Shown piece by piece: positions 34,029 through 45,365 of a stretch of DNA of 64,000 nt (its first letter is position 1; every line of letters starts with the position of its first letter). The stretch covers positions 3,348,001-3,412,000 of the forward strand of contig CAKKNE010000006.1 of the NCBI GenBank assembly GCA_918797485.1. Direction: 5' to 3'. A program made the position numbers and the translations under genes. The notes beneath the pieces were generated by a model. It did no database searches and had not been told where the DNA came from. It saw only the letters and a program-made list of their open reading frames with translations. The DNA comes from Pelagomonas calceolata (taxonomy: Eukaryota).

Positions 34029-37009
34029 ATGCGCCTCCTCATCCTCCTCACGTTAACGCGCGCCCAGCAGCTCGTCTACAAGTACAACGTGTCCTGCGAC
34101 AACGCCACCAATACCTTAGTGAAGGACGAGCGCCGCGGACCAGACGGCGACTGGGTGGGAGAGTGGGTGGAACCGGGCGGCGGCTGGGTCCCGAACTACG
34201 TCCGAATTAACTTAAGAGCGAGGTACATCCACGAGATGGGCGGCGACAACTCCAGCAAACTGGCCAAACAATTGTGCCATAGTATAGGCGCGACGATCGC
34301 CACGATCTACTCGGAGGAGGAAGACGAATTAGCCTACGCCGCCTGCAAGCCCGCGGACTGCTGGATCGGCCTCGAGGAGGACGGCGGCGTCCCCGACTAC
34401 CTGTGCGACGGGAAATGCGGCACGGCCGAGACGTGGTGGGGCGAGCAGGTCCACGCCAGCGTCCCGTGCTACTTCCTGACGGCGTCGACGCGACTCCTGT
34501 CCGTCAGACGAGGTAGTTGATTCGGTCCGAAACGGCCCAAATTTGGACCAGAGACGAGTCGCGTCGATGGCGTGGAGATCACACACGTGTCGCGCGCAGG
34601 TCTGGCTCTGGGTCGACGACATGGGCGGGCCGCTCGGACTCATCAACCGGCGCATCGGCGACGGCCTCGTGGGCTACCGGTGGCGCGCCGGCGGGTCGAA
34701 CGGTCTCAACATGCCCGAGGGCTACGAGAACTGGAACCGGTTGCAAGGGCAGCCGGACAACGGGAAGTTGAAGGGTGTGCCCGGCGACGAGCGCCACGCG
34801 CACATCGCGGGCTACGACGGCATGTGGCACGACGTGCTCGGCACCGACGAATATTACCCGTTGTGTCGCATGTGGCCGAACCGCTCCGACGGCTTCGTCT
34901 GGAACGGGACGGACTGCAAGCCCAAAGCAACGCCCTCGCCGACGACGTACAACGTCTTCCTCCACGACCCCGAGTACGTCTGGGGCGGCTTTCTGTTCGT
35001 CGTGTTCCATTGTTTGGTACTTGGTCTGTTATTCACGCTCTCGAAAAAAGTGCGAGATAAACGAGAACGGACCCGGGAGCACTACTACTACTCGTGGCGT
35101 AGTATGTGTGCGTCTGGCACTCTATTTTTATGTTTTCCGCCCTACGCGCTGCTACCTCTGTTAACGCCGTGCGATAAATATAATACGGCGATCGTCCCGG
35201 AAGGCGGCGGCGGCCCCGAGTCGCTCGTAGACGACGGCAAAAGTACATTAGCCCAATACTATGCGGCCTTCATCGAACTCGTCCAAGCGTGCACGTGGGC
35301 TATCGGTCTCCCTTTAAAGATGGCGATGTCGCGGACCGACTTCCTAGCCACGCGCTACAACGACTTCGGGGGCGCTAGTTACCGAGCCTTCGTCGACCTC
35401 AAGCTCAAGAAAGATGAAAGAATAAAATGGTTAGATGCGTGGGGTTCGATTGATGCGGACACGTCGAATTCTGTGGATGCCGCGGAGTTCTTCGACGCGT
35501 TTCGTCTAGACCCAAATGAATACGCGAGAAAATTGTATAATATCTATGATGCGAAGAAGAACAATAGCGTGCCGTTCCACGACTTTCTCATCACGTCCTG
35601 GCGCTTGTGCCACGTCAGTCGCGAAGCTTGCGAAGAAGTTTCGTTTAGATTGTTGCGACGGTCCTCGCGCTTCAATAAATTAGACTCGACGCTGGACGTG
35701 CGCGACGTCCAGCGCTTCGTGGAGCACCGCTACGGCTTCAAGAAGGCCAGTGCGAAGAAGAAGTCGCTGCAGATCTTCCAGTTTGTCGCTGTGTGGAATC
35801 AACCAGCGAGTTAGGTTCCTCCACGCCATCGAACTGACGCTGTCACGGCGACAACGTCGCGTCCATGGCCTGGATTCTCCACGCCATCGAGCCGCCGCGG
35901 TCACGGAGACAACGTCGCGTCGATGGCGTCGGGCGCCCGAAATTTGATTTCCACACAGGTTCATCGATAAAGATGGATCAGGGGGTATGGACTTCAAGGA
36001 GTTCCAGGTACTGCACGCGGCGTCCCTACTCGTCACCCTCCACGCCATCGGCGCGGCTCGATGCGCTCGTCGTGACGCCATCGCCGCGTAACGCGTCCGC
36101 ACGCAGGCCTTCGGCCGCACGAACCCCGTCTTCCTCGCCGTCGGGCATCGGATGCAGACCAAACTACGACACAAGCTCTTTGGGCGCCAGTACTGGCTTG
36201 ATCAAACAAAAAAACGGAAAGACCGGTATGCCTTCGACAAGAAGTTCGAGAGTGACATGGAGAAGTATGTTGGACTAAGATACGGCGACATGCCACCCGT
36301 CGAGCGGAAGTCGCGGGCGTCCTTCGGGAGTCGCACAGCGACGCCAGCAACGCCAAAGAAGAAGGAGGCGGCCGTCGACTTCTGGGGCGAGTTTCCCGAG
36401 GTCTACCAGCAGGTATTGACACAAATCAAGAAGGAAGAGGGCGAGAAGGCGACCTTAGCTGCCTTGCACCGGACGATGCGGGCAGAACTACACGGGAAAT
36501 TGATCAAGGCCGTCGAGACGCTATTTGGGGATGCTCGTTCATTGGAAGGGTGCTTCTCGCGGTGGAAAGCTAGATGTGTCCAACAACGTAGACTGTTGAG
36601 AGATGTTGACTCCGCGACGGGCACCGAGACGACCGAACTTGATGTGGACGACGCGGTGCACGCGGGCATCATCGAGACCATGAACCGGACGCTGCCGTCG
36701 CACGAGGTGCGCGACGCGACGTTGTTGAAGGCCCATGACATAGCTACGATGAAACGAACAAAACGAAGTCGATTAACAGCAGCCCAGTACGGGACGTTGC
36801 GCGGGGCGCTCGGCGACCATTCGATCATTGAAGATGGTGTTGGCTGGCGCGAACGCGAGTCGATTGTTTCGATCCAGCGGTCTTCATCTCTGAAGTCTCG
36901 GTCGCGTATCCGGTCGTACTACGACGACGGCGACACGTCCGACGAGGAGTCGGCGGCGTCGTTCTTGTATGACGATGATGGGTCGGTAGTGAGTAAGCTC
37001 ACTTTGTAG
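34029..37009 (+). CDS. C-type lectin domain / transmembrane / EF-hand protein (~850 aa)
   Basis: Exons 34029-34448, 34600-35780, 35959-36007 and 36107-37009 total 2553 nt in frame. Signal peptide; CTLD (LC...IATI, CWIGL, YENW...QPDN, WHD, LC); TM; EF-hands DADTSNSVDAAE and DKDGSGGMDFKE. Confidence 0.8.
35789..35958. mobile_element. Introner/MITE copy 9
   Basis: TIRs ctgtgtggaatcaa / ttgatttccacacag; TSD gtttgtcg / gttcatcg (6/8); splicing restores an EF-hand entry helix (IFQFIDKDGSG). Confidence 0.92.
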
Positions 37010-37142
37010 TTTTTGTGCGTGTTCGCGTCGGTGGCGTTCCCGGGGGTGCGTGTCGCCGACTCGGAGGACGCCGTCACGCCGCCGCATATGACTCCACGGA
37101 TACTTGCAAACAAACTTTACTTGATGATCACGCGACGCGCCT

Positions 37143-38006
37143 CTAGACGGACCCACCGCGCTTGGGCGCCTCCGAGGAGAGGAGGCCGTCCGCCGGCGGA
37201 GGGGGGCGCGGCCGCATGAGCGCCGCGGCCGACACGACGGCGACGAGGTAGCCGCCATAGGTGGCCACGTCCTTGACGACCTGGGGCGAATCGCCCTTGG
37301 TCATGCCGAAGCACGCCCAGCACGTCGCCGCGCCGTAGCCCAAACCGAGCGCTGCGGACCGCCCGAGGAACATGGGGACGGCGTAGCACGCGCCCGCCAC
37401 GACGCCGCCGAGCAACACCGCTCCCGCCTCCGGCGACGCCAGCGTCGCCGCTGTATTCTGCGCGACGAGTGTGAATCCAATTCCGGTAGCCGCCGCGAGC
37501 CAGGCCGCGTTGATGCCGGTGGGTAGCGCGACGAGCAATGATTCTGCGGCCGTGCCGCCCTTGATTAACGTGCCAGCTCTGATCATAGAAGCGAAGCCGC
37601 CCGCCAGTAAAAAAAAGCTCGGCACGAAGATCGCCAATTTTTGTGACGTGGTGCCGGAGGCCTTGCCGTCTTCCAGCGGCGCGTTTGCAAAGACCAGCTG
37701 CCAGGCACACTCGAAGGCCCACGTCGTGAGCCAGAGCGGGGCTACTTTGGCGCCGAGCGTTGGAGCTTTCCCGGCGGCCATGAGTACCGTGCCGGCGCCC
37801 TGCAGGAGGAAGATGGGGCCCCACACCGCGAATGTCAGGCCCGCTGGCGTCACGTTCGTCGGGTAGGCGTCGCTCACTTCCGCGTTCGTCGGCACGCCGA
37901 AGGCGCCGCTGCCGAAAATACCGTTCACGGCGAGCAGGACCGCGTAGCCGGCCGCTATCGCGACTCGCAGCTGTCCCGACATGGGACCAGATTGTGCCGC
38001 GCCCAT
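37143..38006 (-). CDS. Multi-pass membrane protein, TspO/tryptophan-rich-sensory-like
   Basis: VSDAYPTNVTPAGLTFAVWGPIF motif and about 7-8 hydrophobic segments. Confidence 0.7.
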   Translation of the reverse strand: MGAAQSGPMSGQLRVAIAAGYAVLLAVNGIFGSGAFGVPTNAEVSDAYPTNVTPAGLTFAVWGPIFLLQGAGTVLMAAGKAPTLGAKVAPLWLTTWAFECAWQLVFANAPLEDGKASGTTSQKLAIFVPSFFLLAGGFASMIRAGTLIKGGTAAESLLVALPTGINAAWLAAATGIGFTLVAQNTAATLASPEAGAVLLGGVVAGACYAVPMFLGRSAALGLGYGAATCWACFGMTKGDSPQVVKDVATYGGYLVAVVSAAALMRPRPPPPADGLLSSEAPKRGGSV

Positions 38007-38393
38007 GTTTGTGCTTGTGAGAGATCCTGCAGCGACGCGTCGATGGCGTACGGCGCTCTAGCAGGCGTCTGCTCTCTGAAAGTTGTGAGAGCACGAGATT
38101 ACTCTGTATATGCGAAGAGTTGCAACCGCAGCCGACTCTACGCTTGAGACAGGCTTTGATGCGCGTGAGCAATGGCACGGTGTATGCAGCAGGGAGGCCG
38201 TGCGTGGCCAGCAAAAGCGTGTTCTAAGTGACTTACCGCTAGCTGATTATGCTGCTTACGCGTGTCCTCTGCTCGCTCGGCCTGTGGTCGCTATCACACA
38301 CAGCTGAAGCGTTGCAGCACCCTCCACATTGCAACTGACCACCTGCGCAAGCAGCGAGCACCACACTGCATCGCTAGCTGCAAAGCCGACAGC

Positions 38394-40531
38394 ATGCGCT
38401 TCGCCATAGCATGCCTCGTCGCCACGGCGGCGGCGCGACCGACGGTGCGAGAAATACGCAACCTTGCTGAGTACGACCGCCTCATACAACACCATAAAAC
38501 GGAGACGGGATTACCGGTCGTCGTCGACTTCTACAGCGACTCGTGCGGCCCCTGTCGGATGATCGCGCCCGCGTTCAAGAAGCTCGCGAAGGAGATGAAG
38601 GACCGGGCGGTCTTCGCGAAGGTAAACGTAGCCATGGCCAGGGACGTGGCCTCGAGGATGCGGGTGTCGTCGATGCCGACGTTCCACTTCTACGAAGATG
38701 GTGTTAAAAGACATGAATTCAGCGGCGCTGGGGAGTATCAACTCAGACAGCTCGCGGAACGAGTCGCTTCAGATGCGGCGGCGAAGAACGTGAAGTTGTC
38801 CGCAGAAAGTTTGCGAGCGTTCTACGACGAACACGATTCAGGTAAAGATATAACAAAGATCATCAGCAAATGCGCTTCACTCGCGAAAAGTCGGGACTGC
38901 GTCGGCGGCGCCGCGCGGGAACTGGCCAAGAAACTGAAACAGAAATTCGGGAGCGCTCCGCAACTGTCGAAGCGCTTTGGAGAGCAAGAGCCACCGAAGC
39001 CGAAGCCGAAACGGACGTCTAGATCGTTGGATCAGGCCTCGACCGACGAACTACTCGCGGAGCTCGCGAAAAGATCCGAGGACGACGACCTCGCGTTCGC
39101 GGCGTCGGAGGCCGCGGAAGCGGCGCGGCGGGAGCTGGAAGAAGAGGAAGAAGATGAGGAGGACGAGGAGGACGAGGGCGCCTTGCCGTTGTACCGGCCG
39201 CACGGGCAATTCGCGGAGCGGGTTGTGATTGTGGGCGCGGGGCCGGGCGGGTTGAGTGCGGCGGTCTACGCGGCGCGCGCTGGTTTAGCTCCTGTGGTGA
39301 TAGCACCGTCGGATGGCGGGCAGTTGCTAGGCAAGGGCGTGACGGTGGAGAACTATCCCGGTATTGTCCAGCGTCCTTTTGTTGCGTACCGGTCACGCGT
39401 CGTTGGCGTGGAGGCGGCGCCACCGCAACGCCATCGACGCGACACGCCGTCGACGCGCCACGCTCAACGGCGCGGAGGCAGTCGCGTCGATGGCGTGGAG
39501 GAGGCGTAGCATTCCGCTTCGAGTGCCCTCGAGAGTACGACGCGCGTCGCGCCGACGGCGTCGGGGCGGCGCCGCCGATCTGACCCGCGTCGCGCGCAGG
39601 CGTCGTGGGAGACACGGGCCCCGGCCTCGTCCACAAGATGCAGGCCCACGCGGCGGACTGCGGCGCGGCGTTCTACCCCCACAAAGTGCACAACATAGAC
39701 TTGAGCCAGAGGCCCTTCCGCGTGGAAACCCCCGAGGCGAACATCTCCGCCCATTCATTGATCGTGGCGACGGGCGCGGACTCGCGATGGTTAGGTGTGG
39801 ACGGAGAGTCTACTTATAGAGGAGGCGGCGTCAGCTCGTGCGCCACGTGTGATGGCTTCTTATTCAGGGATATGGACGTCGCCGTCGTCGGCGGAGGAGA
39901 CACCGCGATGGAGGACGCGCTTGTGCTGGCGCGGACGTCGAAGTCCGTGACCGTGGTGCACCGGAGGGATGCGTTCCGGGCGTCGCGGGCTCTGGCGGAC
40001 CGCGTGAGAGAACACCCGAAGATTAACATAAGGTGGAACGCCACTGTGGAGCGGTTTAGTGGTGAGGAGGTCCAGGAAGATGAGGTAACGCGTCAGATCT
40101 TGACCCGCGTGGATCTGAGGGACACCTCCACCGGTGATTCAGACTCATTAGATGTGCGGGCGGCGTTTGTCGCGATAGGACATGACCCGAACACGAAGCT
40201 CTTCGGTGGTTTATTGAAGACGAACGACCAGGGTTATCTCGAATTGTCAGGTGGTCGCTTCGCGACCGAGTTGAGTGTGGAGGGCGTCTTCGCCGCGGGC
40301 GACGTGGCGGACCCGGTCTACCGGCAGGCGATCACGTCGGCGGGGAGCGGCGCGATGGCTGCTTTGGATGCCGAAAGGTACTTGTCGGAGCAAGGTATTC
40401 AAGATGAAAGCGAGCAGTTCGCCGACGATCTGATGGCGGAGCTCATGGGCGAGTTTGATAGTGAAGAGACGTACAACGCGTATGCCGAGGGCGTGGACCT
40501 GTCTTCCGCGAACGCGCGGGCGGAGCTGTAA
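38394..40531 (+). CDS. Thioredoxin / NADPH-thioredoxin reductase fusion with signal peptide (~632 aa)
   Basis: Trx VDFYSDSCGPC; TrxR GAGPGG, GGQL, VENYPG (across intron 39361-39599), CATCDG, GGGDTA, HRRD, FAAGDV, QAITSAG; ends RAEL. Confidence 0.9.
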
Positions 40532-40896
40532 GTGTTGTTTATATTTTTCTATCTCCCGGGTCGCGGCGATGGCGTCGATTGTAGGCTTGTATGCTTGCGC
40601 ACGCGGCATCGCGTCCCCCCCCCCCCCGGCTTTAGCAGGCTTTTTTTTCAGGCAAGTTTTTTGGCTTGTAATCGCGCCAGCAGCGCATACGTGAAAATCC
40701 GCGGGTGACAAGCTTGCGTCTGGTCCCAACGGATCGCCTACTCTCAAGCTCGAGTAAAACAGCAACGACGAAGGGGGAATATATTAAAATATTACAGAGT
40801 GCTGAAGCTCTGTGATACAAAGCCCTTGAGTCGACGCACAAAACACGCCGTCGCAACTGTTTCGAAACGCCAAGACATCCACTTTACGAAACCGTG

Positions 40897-41970
40897 ATGA
40901 AAATGAATGCCTGGCTCCTCCTCGCTCTTGTGGCCGCCGCCGACAGCGCTCTCGTCGTCGTCGTGGATGGCATACCCGCCGACCAGCTGACGAAGCGCGT
41001 CGTACAGCACGCGGTGGACGACGTCATTGCCATCGTCGAGGCGCCGGAGCAGGTAATAGACGTCCAGTTCTTTCCCGTGCCGGGCTACCCGTCGTCGGTT
41101 CGCATCGAATCCACCGTTCGGATGGGCGACCCCTGGAGAACGTGCGGCGAGGTCGGCTTCCGCAACGCGCAGGACTGCCACGACGGCGTAGATCTACCGT
41201 ACGACGCGCCGCCGTCGCTGGTCGCGTCGATGGAAAAGGCGATCGAGAACGGCAAGTTCGTCGACCGCCTGCTGTATTGGGCCCAGGAGTTCGACGCCGG
41301 CAGCGTCTGGGAGAACGTGACTGTCGTGCCGCCTCCCGATTCGCTGAACCCGGTTTTCCCCCCGAACAGCACGTACGTCTTCAACACGAGCTGGCGCTTT
41401 GCGACCCCCGCTCCTACCGCGACGGCGGCACCAACAGCTACATTCGCTCCGACGGCCACGGCTATGCCGACGGCGACGCCTGCGCCGACGACGCAGCCGA
41501 CTACCAACGCGCCGACGTACAGCTCGGCGCCGACATCAACTCCAGCTCCGACTCAGACCCACGCGCCGACGATCACGCCGGGACCCACTCCGGGACCCAC
41601 GCTGAAGCCGACGGTCCCGCCGAGAACACCGAAACCGATACCGGCACCGACGCCGACGCCGACGGTCGAGGTGCGCCCGCGCGGCTCCAAGAAAAAGAAG
41701 AAGTCGCGCGGCTTGGCCTCTGGAGAGATTGCGGGCATCATTATCGCGTGCATCGCGGGCGGCTGTTGCATCATCGCCATATGCCTAGCTCTTTGCGCGC
41801 ACCAAAACCGCGAGGGCAAGCACGACAAGCAGGCCAAACCGTGGGAGCCGTCCACTCCCGCGTCGCACGCGGGGCCCGCGCCGCACTCGCCCGACCTCGC
41901 GTCGACGAAGGAGGGCGACGACGTCCCCGAGGCCATCCGGAAGCTCGAGGCGAACGACAACGCCGTGTGA
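40897..41970 (+). CDS. Type I membrane protein with Pro/Thr-rich (mucin-like) stalk
   Basis: Signal peptide, APT repeats, TM IAGIIIACIAGGCCIIAICLALC. Confidence 0.75.
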   Translation: MKMNAWLLLALVAAADSALVVVVDGIPADQLTKRVVQHAVDDVIAIVEAPEQVIDVQFFPVPGYPSSVRIESTVRMGDPWRTCGEVGFRNAQDCHDGVDLPYDAPPSLVASMEKAIENGKFVDRLLYWAQEFDAGSVWENVTVVPPPDSLNPVFPPNSTYVFNTSWRFATPAPTATAAPTATFAPTATAMPTATPAPTTQPTTNAPTYSSAPTSTPAPTQTHAPTITPGPTPGPTLKPTVPPRTPKPIPAPTPTPTVEVRPRGSKKKKKSRGLASGEIAGIIIACIAGGCCIIAICLALCAHQNREGKHDKQAKPWEPSTPASHAGPAPHSPDLASTKEGDDVPEAIRKLEANDNAV

Positions 41971-42166
41971 TTCACTGTTCGCGCGGACGTCGTTGCATGA
42001 CCCACTCCGCGTGCCCCCCATCCGTGTAAGTTGAGCTGGTGACAGTGATATCCGGCGGTACAGTCTAGCGGCACAGGCGATTAATAAACGCCAACAGGCG
42101 CAATTAGACACGCTCGGCCCGTCGGCCGCATCAAGGGGGAGTTTTTTTTTCGGGGGAGGGACGCGT

Positions 42167-42418
42167 TTACTCGTCCGCGAGCGGCGGCGCGAGGAACACG
42201 ATGATCGCGGCGAGGAGCCCGAGGCCGAACGTCGGGAAGAAGTAGCCGCCGAAGTCGCCCTCGTTTGCTGCGATGAGCACGTTCGACATCGTCTGCAAGG
42301 CCTCGGCGGGGACCGGCGCGAGCGCCGGCGCGGCGGCGAGCGGCGCGACCGTGGAAACGATCGGCGCGAAGGCCGCGGCCGTCGAGCACACAACGGCGGC
42401 GAGGAGCTGGCGGGCCAT
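42167..42418 (-). CDS. Small plastid-targeted single-TM protein
   Basis: Bipartite presequence with AAA-FAP cleavage motif; mature part EGDFGGYFFPTFGLGLLAAIIVFLAPPLADE. Confidence 0.7.
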   Translation of the reverse strand: MARQLLAAVVCSTAAAFAPIVSTVAPLAAAPALAPVPAEALQTMSNVLIAANEGDFGGYFFPTFGLGLLAAIIVFLAPPLADE

Positions 42419-43154
42419 CTTAACAATTAATCTGCGAGGGGCGACGGGTTGCGCGGTTGGCAGCGATCTCATCTCTGTCGTCTCGAGGGCAATGGGCGGC
42501 CGCCGCGGTGCACAACTAGCGCAAGAGCGCTGCAGAATCCGCAGCGACGAGCGCGCTGCCGCGGAAGGGCAATGGCTGCGGTGCGAAGGGTCGGCGGGCC
42601 TGGTAGCCGCGGCCCGCTAACTTTGCATCATCAGCATGTCATAGCTCTCCGGGCCGCCGCGGCGTCGTCGCGCGCAGATTTTTGCACAGCGCGACTGTCG
42701 CCATCCGTTGCGGCACCGCTAGGTCGAATTTTGCGCCGTGGGCACGTCTAGGCGCTGGAATGGACAAGCTATGAGCTGCAAGCTTGCGGCTTTTGGCACT
42801 TCGAGCCGAGCACCCTGCTCGCGCTGTAGGCGTCGGCAGGCCGCAGATCACTCCCTTGCTTCACCGGAGAAGCCTATGTGGATTTTGGGCCCGGACAAAA
42901 CCCGCGCCCTAGATAACATGTCCCTTTGCGCCCCACGAGAGTCCACGACCCTCTCGCGCACGCCATCACACACAGCCGCGCCCCACGAGACCAATCACTC
43001 GCCCCGAGAACCGCCAAAACGACGTTCGCGGTCGCGTCACGTCGGCGACGCGGTGTCTCCCCCCCACCTGGGCAGGGGCTCCGCCCACGAGTCCTAGCAC
43101 CGTAGATAAAAGCCCAACAAGACCAATGACCACACACAACCTTACACACAGACA

Positions 43155-45056
43155 CTACTCCTCGTCGCCATCCATCGCCTCCCCCAGCGCGCGCGAAGCC
43201 GCCTCCAACAAAGAAGCCGGCGCGCGCCAGCCGTGCCGCGCCCGCAGCCGCCCCGCCAGCAAGCCCAGCGAGCGCCGCGCCTCGTGCGACGCCGCCGCGC
43301 GCGCCGCGACGGGCGCGACGAGCTCCGGCGCGTCCATGAGAACGCGCCACGCATTATTGTTTGGGGACTCAGAGGACGAAGTGAACCACGCCTCGGCGTC
43401 GTCCACCAATGCTGCGCGAGTACGAGCCCCGGCGTCGCTACAAACATAGTCGCACGCGTCCGTCAGAACACCGGCGACGGCGTCCCGGCCACCGAGAGCG
43501 ACTATGATGGAATCCATGGACCCCACGTCAGAAGCACTGAAAGCGGACTTGCCCAGGGCCTCCAATCGCCGCCAGCGCACCCGGCCATGCCTATCTAGCA
43601 CTAATCTGCGCAAAGCCTGCCGCGCTCGAGCATCACGATCAGCCAACAAAGCTCGAGCGACATGAGGATACGCCGCCGTGACGACCTCAAACTCCGGATC
43701 CACGGCCAGCACGGCTCCTTCCAACGCACCTAGAGCCCGCACGACCGACGCGAAGCGCGGCGGCAGCGCGAACCTGACATTCTCCGAAGAGTCGGCGGGC
43801 AGCGCCGCCCGCAAGAACGCAATCACGCCCGAGAAGGACATCGCTTTACCACCGAACATGGTTCTAGGTTCGCTCAGAGCTGTTTCTAAGGCTGTTTTCA
43901 GCGATCTTTCCGCATGGTCCGTGTCATCCACAAAGCCCAACCCGCGAAAGTCCCGCGCCAACCCACCCGCGTCCCGGTTCGCGAAATGAACAACAACAGA
44001 CATCAGCGCGAAGCGATCATCATCCTCAAGCCGGTCCATCTTGCCGAAGTCGAGGTAGGCCAAGCGATTCTCACTATCTACCAGTAAGTTTCCTGGATGA
44101 GGATCGGCGTGGAAGAAGCCGACCTCGAAGAACTGCCGCGCGGTGCACTTGACGCCCTCCTCGATGATGCGCTTCTTTTGGGCTGGCGAGGGTCCGGAGC
44201 GGCCCCACTCGTCGAGCTTCGTTCCTGGCAAATAGGAGAGTGTCAGCACTCTAGGACCGCAGAACTCCTGGAACACGCGAGGCACGCAGACGTCCTCATT
44301 CTTGTACAAGCGCGCAAAGGCCTCGCAGTCCCGAGCCTCCCGCGCGTAGTCCAGCTCATCCCCTATACGTCCCACGATCTCATCTGCTATGGCGGCGAAG
44401 TCGGTTTCAGTATTGAATAACTGTGAAATCATGGCTACGAACGATCGCACGGCCACCGCATCGATCGCCAGTGTCTCGAGGACGTCGTCCCTCTGCACCT
44501 TCACCGCAACCTCTTCGCCCGTCAACAGCCGGGCCCGATACACCTGGCCTAGTGACGCGGACGCCACCGGCACCGACGATGCATCTAGCCCCTCGAACAA
44601 CTCGCCGATGGGTTTCTCCAGGTCGTGCTCGATCACTCGAACTGCTTCCGCTCCACTCAGTGAAGGGTCGATGTCGTCTTGCAGCCTCGACAACTCGTCG
44701 CACAGCTCGGGCGGTAACACGTCTCGTCGCGTCGCCAGGGCCTGGCCGATCTTCACGAAGGCCGGTCCTAATCGCACGAAGGCCCGTCTGAATTTGACAG
44801 AGCGAATCGCGACGTCGACGCCTCTAGCTTTCCGTAGCTGTAGTAAACCTAACTCGCCCGCTATTCTCGCGACGCGCGCTGCTACCCTTGCGGACGACGG
44901 TGTGTTTGTTGTACTGCTGCTGCGGCGGTGCGGCATCATCACCGCGGCCTGCCGCGGCGTCGGCGTCGTTGCCACGCGTGAAACGCGTGCGGCACGCCTG
45001 GCTGCAGTGCGCATCGCTGCAGTCGAAGCCACGCGCAGGGCGTGACGCGGTAGCAT
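43155..45056 (-). CDS. ABC1/UbiB atypical kinase
   Basis: LGPAFVKIGQ, ASASLGQVY, VAVKVQ, FFHADPHPGN and LDFG motifs. Confidence 0.92.
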   Translation of the reverse strand: MLPRHALRVASTAAMRTAARRAARVSRVATTPTPRQAAVMMPHRRSSSTTNTPSSARVAARVARIAGELGLLQLRKARGVDVAIRSVKFRRAFVRLGPAFVKIGQALATRRDVLPPELCDELSRLQDDIDPSLSGAEAVRVIEHDLEKPIGELFEGLDASSVPVASASLGQVYRARLLTGEEVAVKVQRDDVLETLAIDAVAVRSFVAMISQLFNTETDFAAIADEIVGRIGDELDYAREARDCEAFARLYKNEDVCVPRVFQEFCGPRVLTLSYLPGTKLDEWGRSGPSPAQKKRIIEEGVKCTARQFFEVGFFHADPHPGNLLVDSENRLAYLDFGKMDRLEDDDRFALMSVVVHFANRDAGGLARDFRGLGFVDDTDHAERSLKTALETALSEPRTMFGGKAMSFSGVIAFLRAALPADSSENVRFALPPRFASVVRALGALEGAVLAVDPEFEVVTAAYPHVARALLADRDARARQALRRLVLDRHGRVRWRRLEALGKSAFSASDVGSMDSIIVALGGRDAVAGVLTDACDYVCSDAGARTRAALVDDAEAWFTSSSESPNNNAWRVLMDAPELVAPVAARAAASHEARRSLGLLAGRLRARHGWRAPASLLEAASRALGEAMDGDEE

Positions 45057-45156
45057 TGTCGTCGAGGGTTCAGGCGGTCATTGTTTCTTTGTTTTGCGCT
45101 TACTGTAAGCGCGTGTGGGCACGAATGGCGCCTGCTACGTACGTGCCACTGCAAAG

Positions 45157-45178
45157 CTCGTGTGTTACAGCCGCTAGC
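45157..45178 (-). promoter_or_regulatory. Recurrent intergenic motif, degenerate copy
   Basis: Reverse complement GCTAGCGG-CTGTAACACACGAG; lies between divergent genes. Confidence 0.35.
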
Positions 45179-45365
45179 TAATTGCCACCGAGCTGCCGGA
45201 GCGCGAGTTACGCTAAGTGCTGAGTTCGGACAGTCGTCTACGTTTAGACGTAGCGGGAGAAGCTGTGGAGCAACGAAAAACCGCTGCTCGCGCCGTCCAC
45301 CAGCGGGAGAGCCTGGAGTGCTCTCAGACACAGGCAGGCTGGCGCCCTCACGGCGCCGCCTGCTG

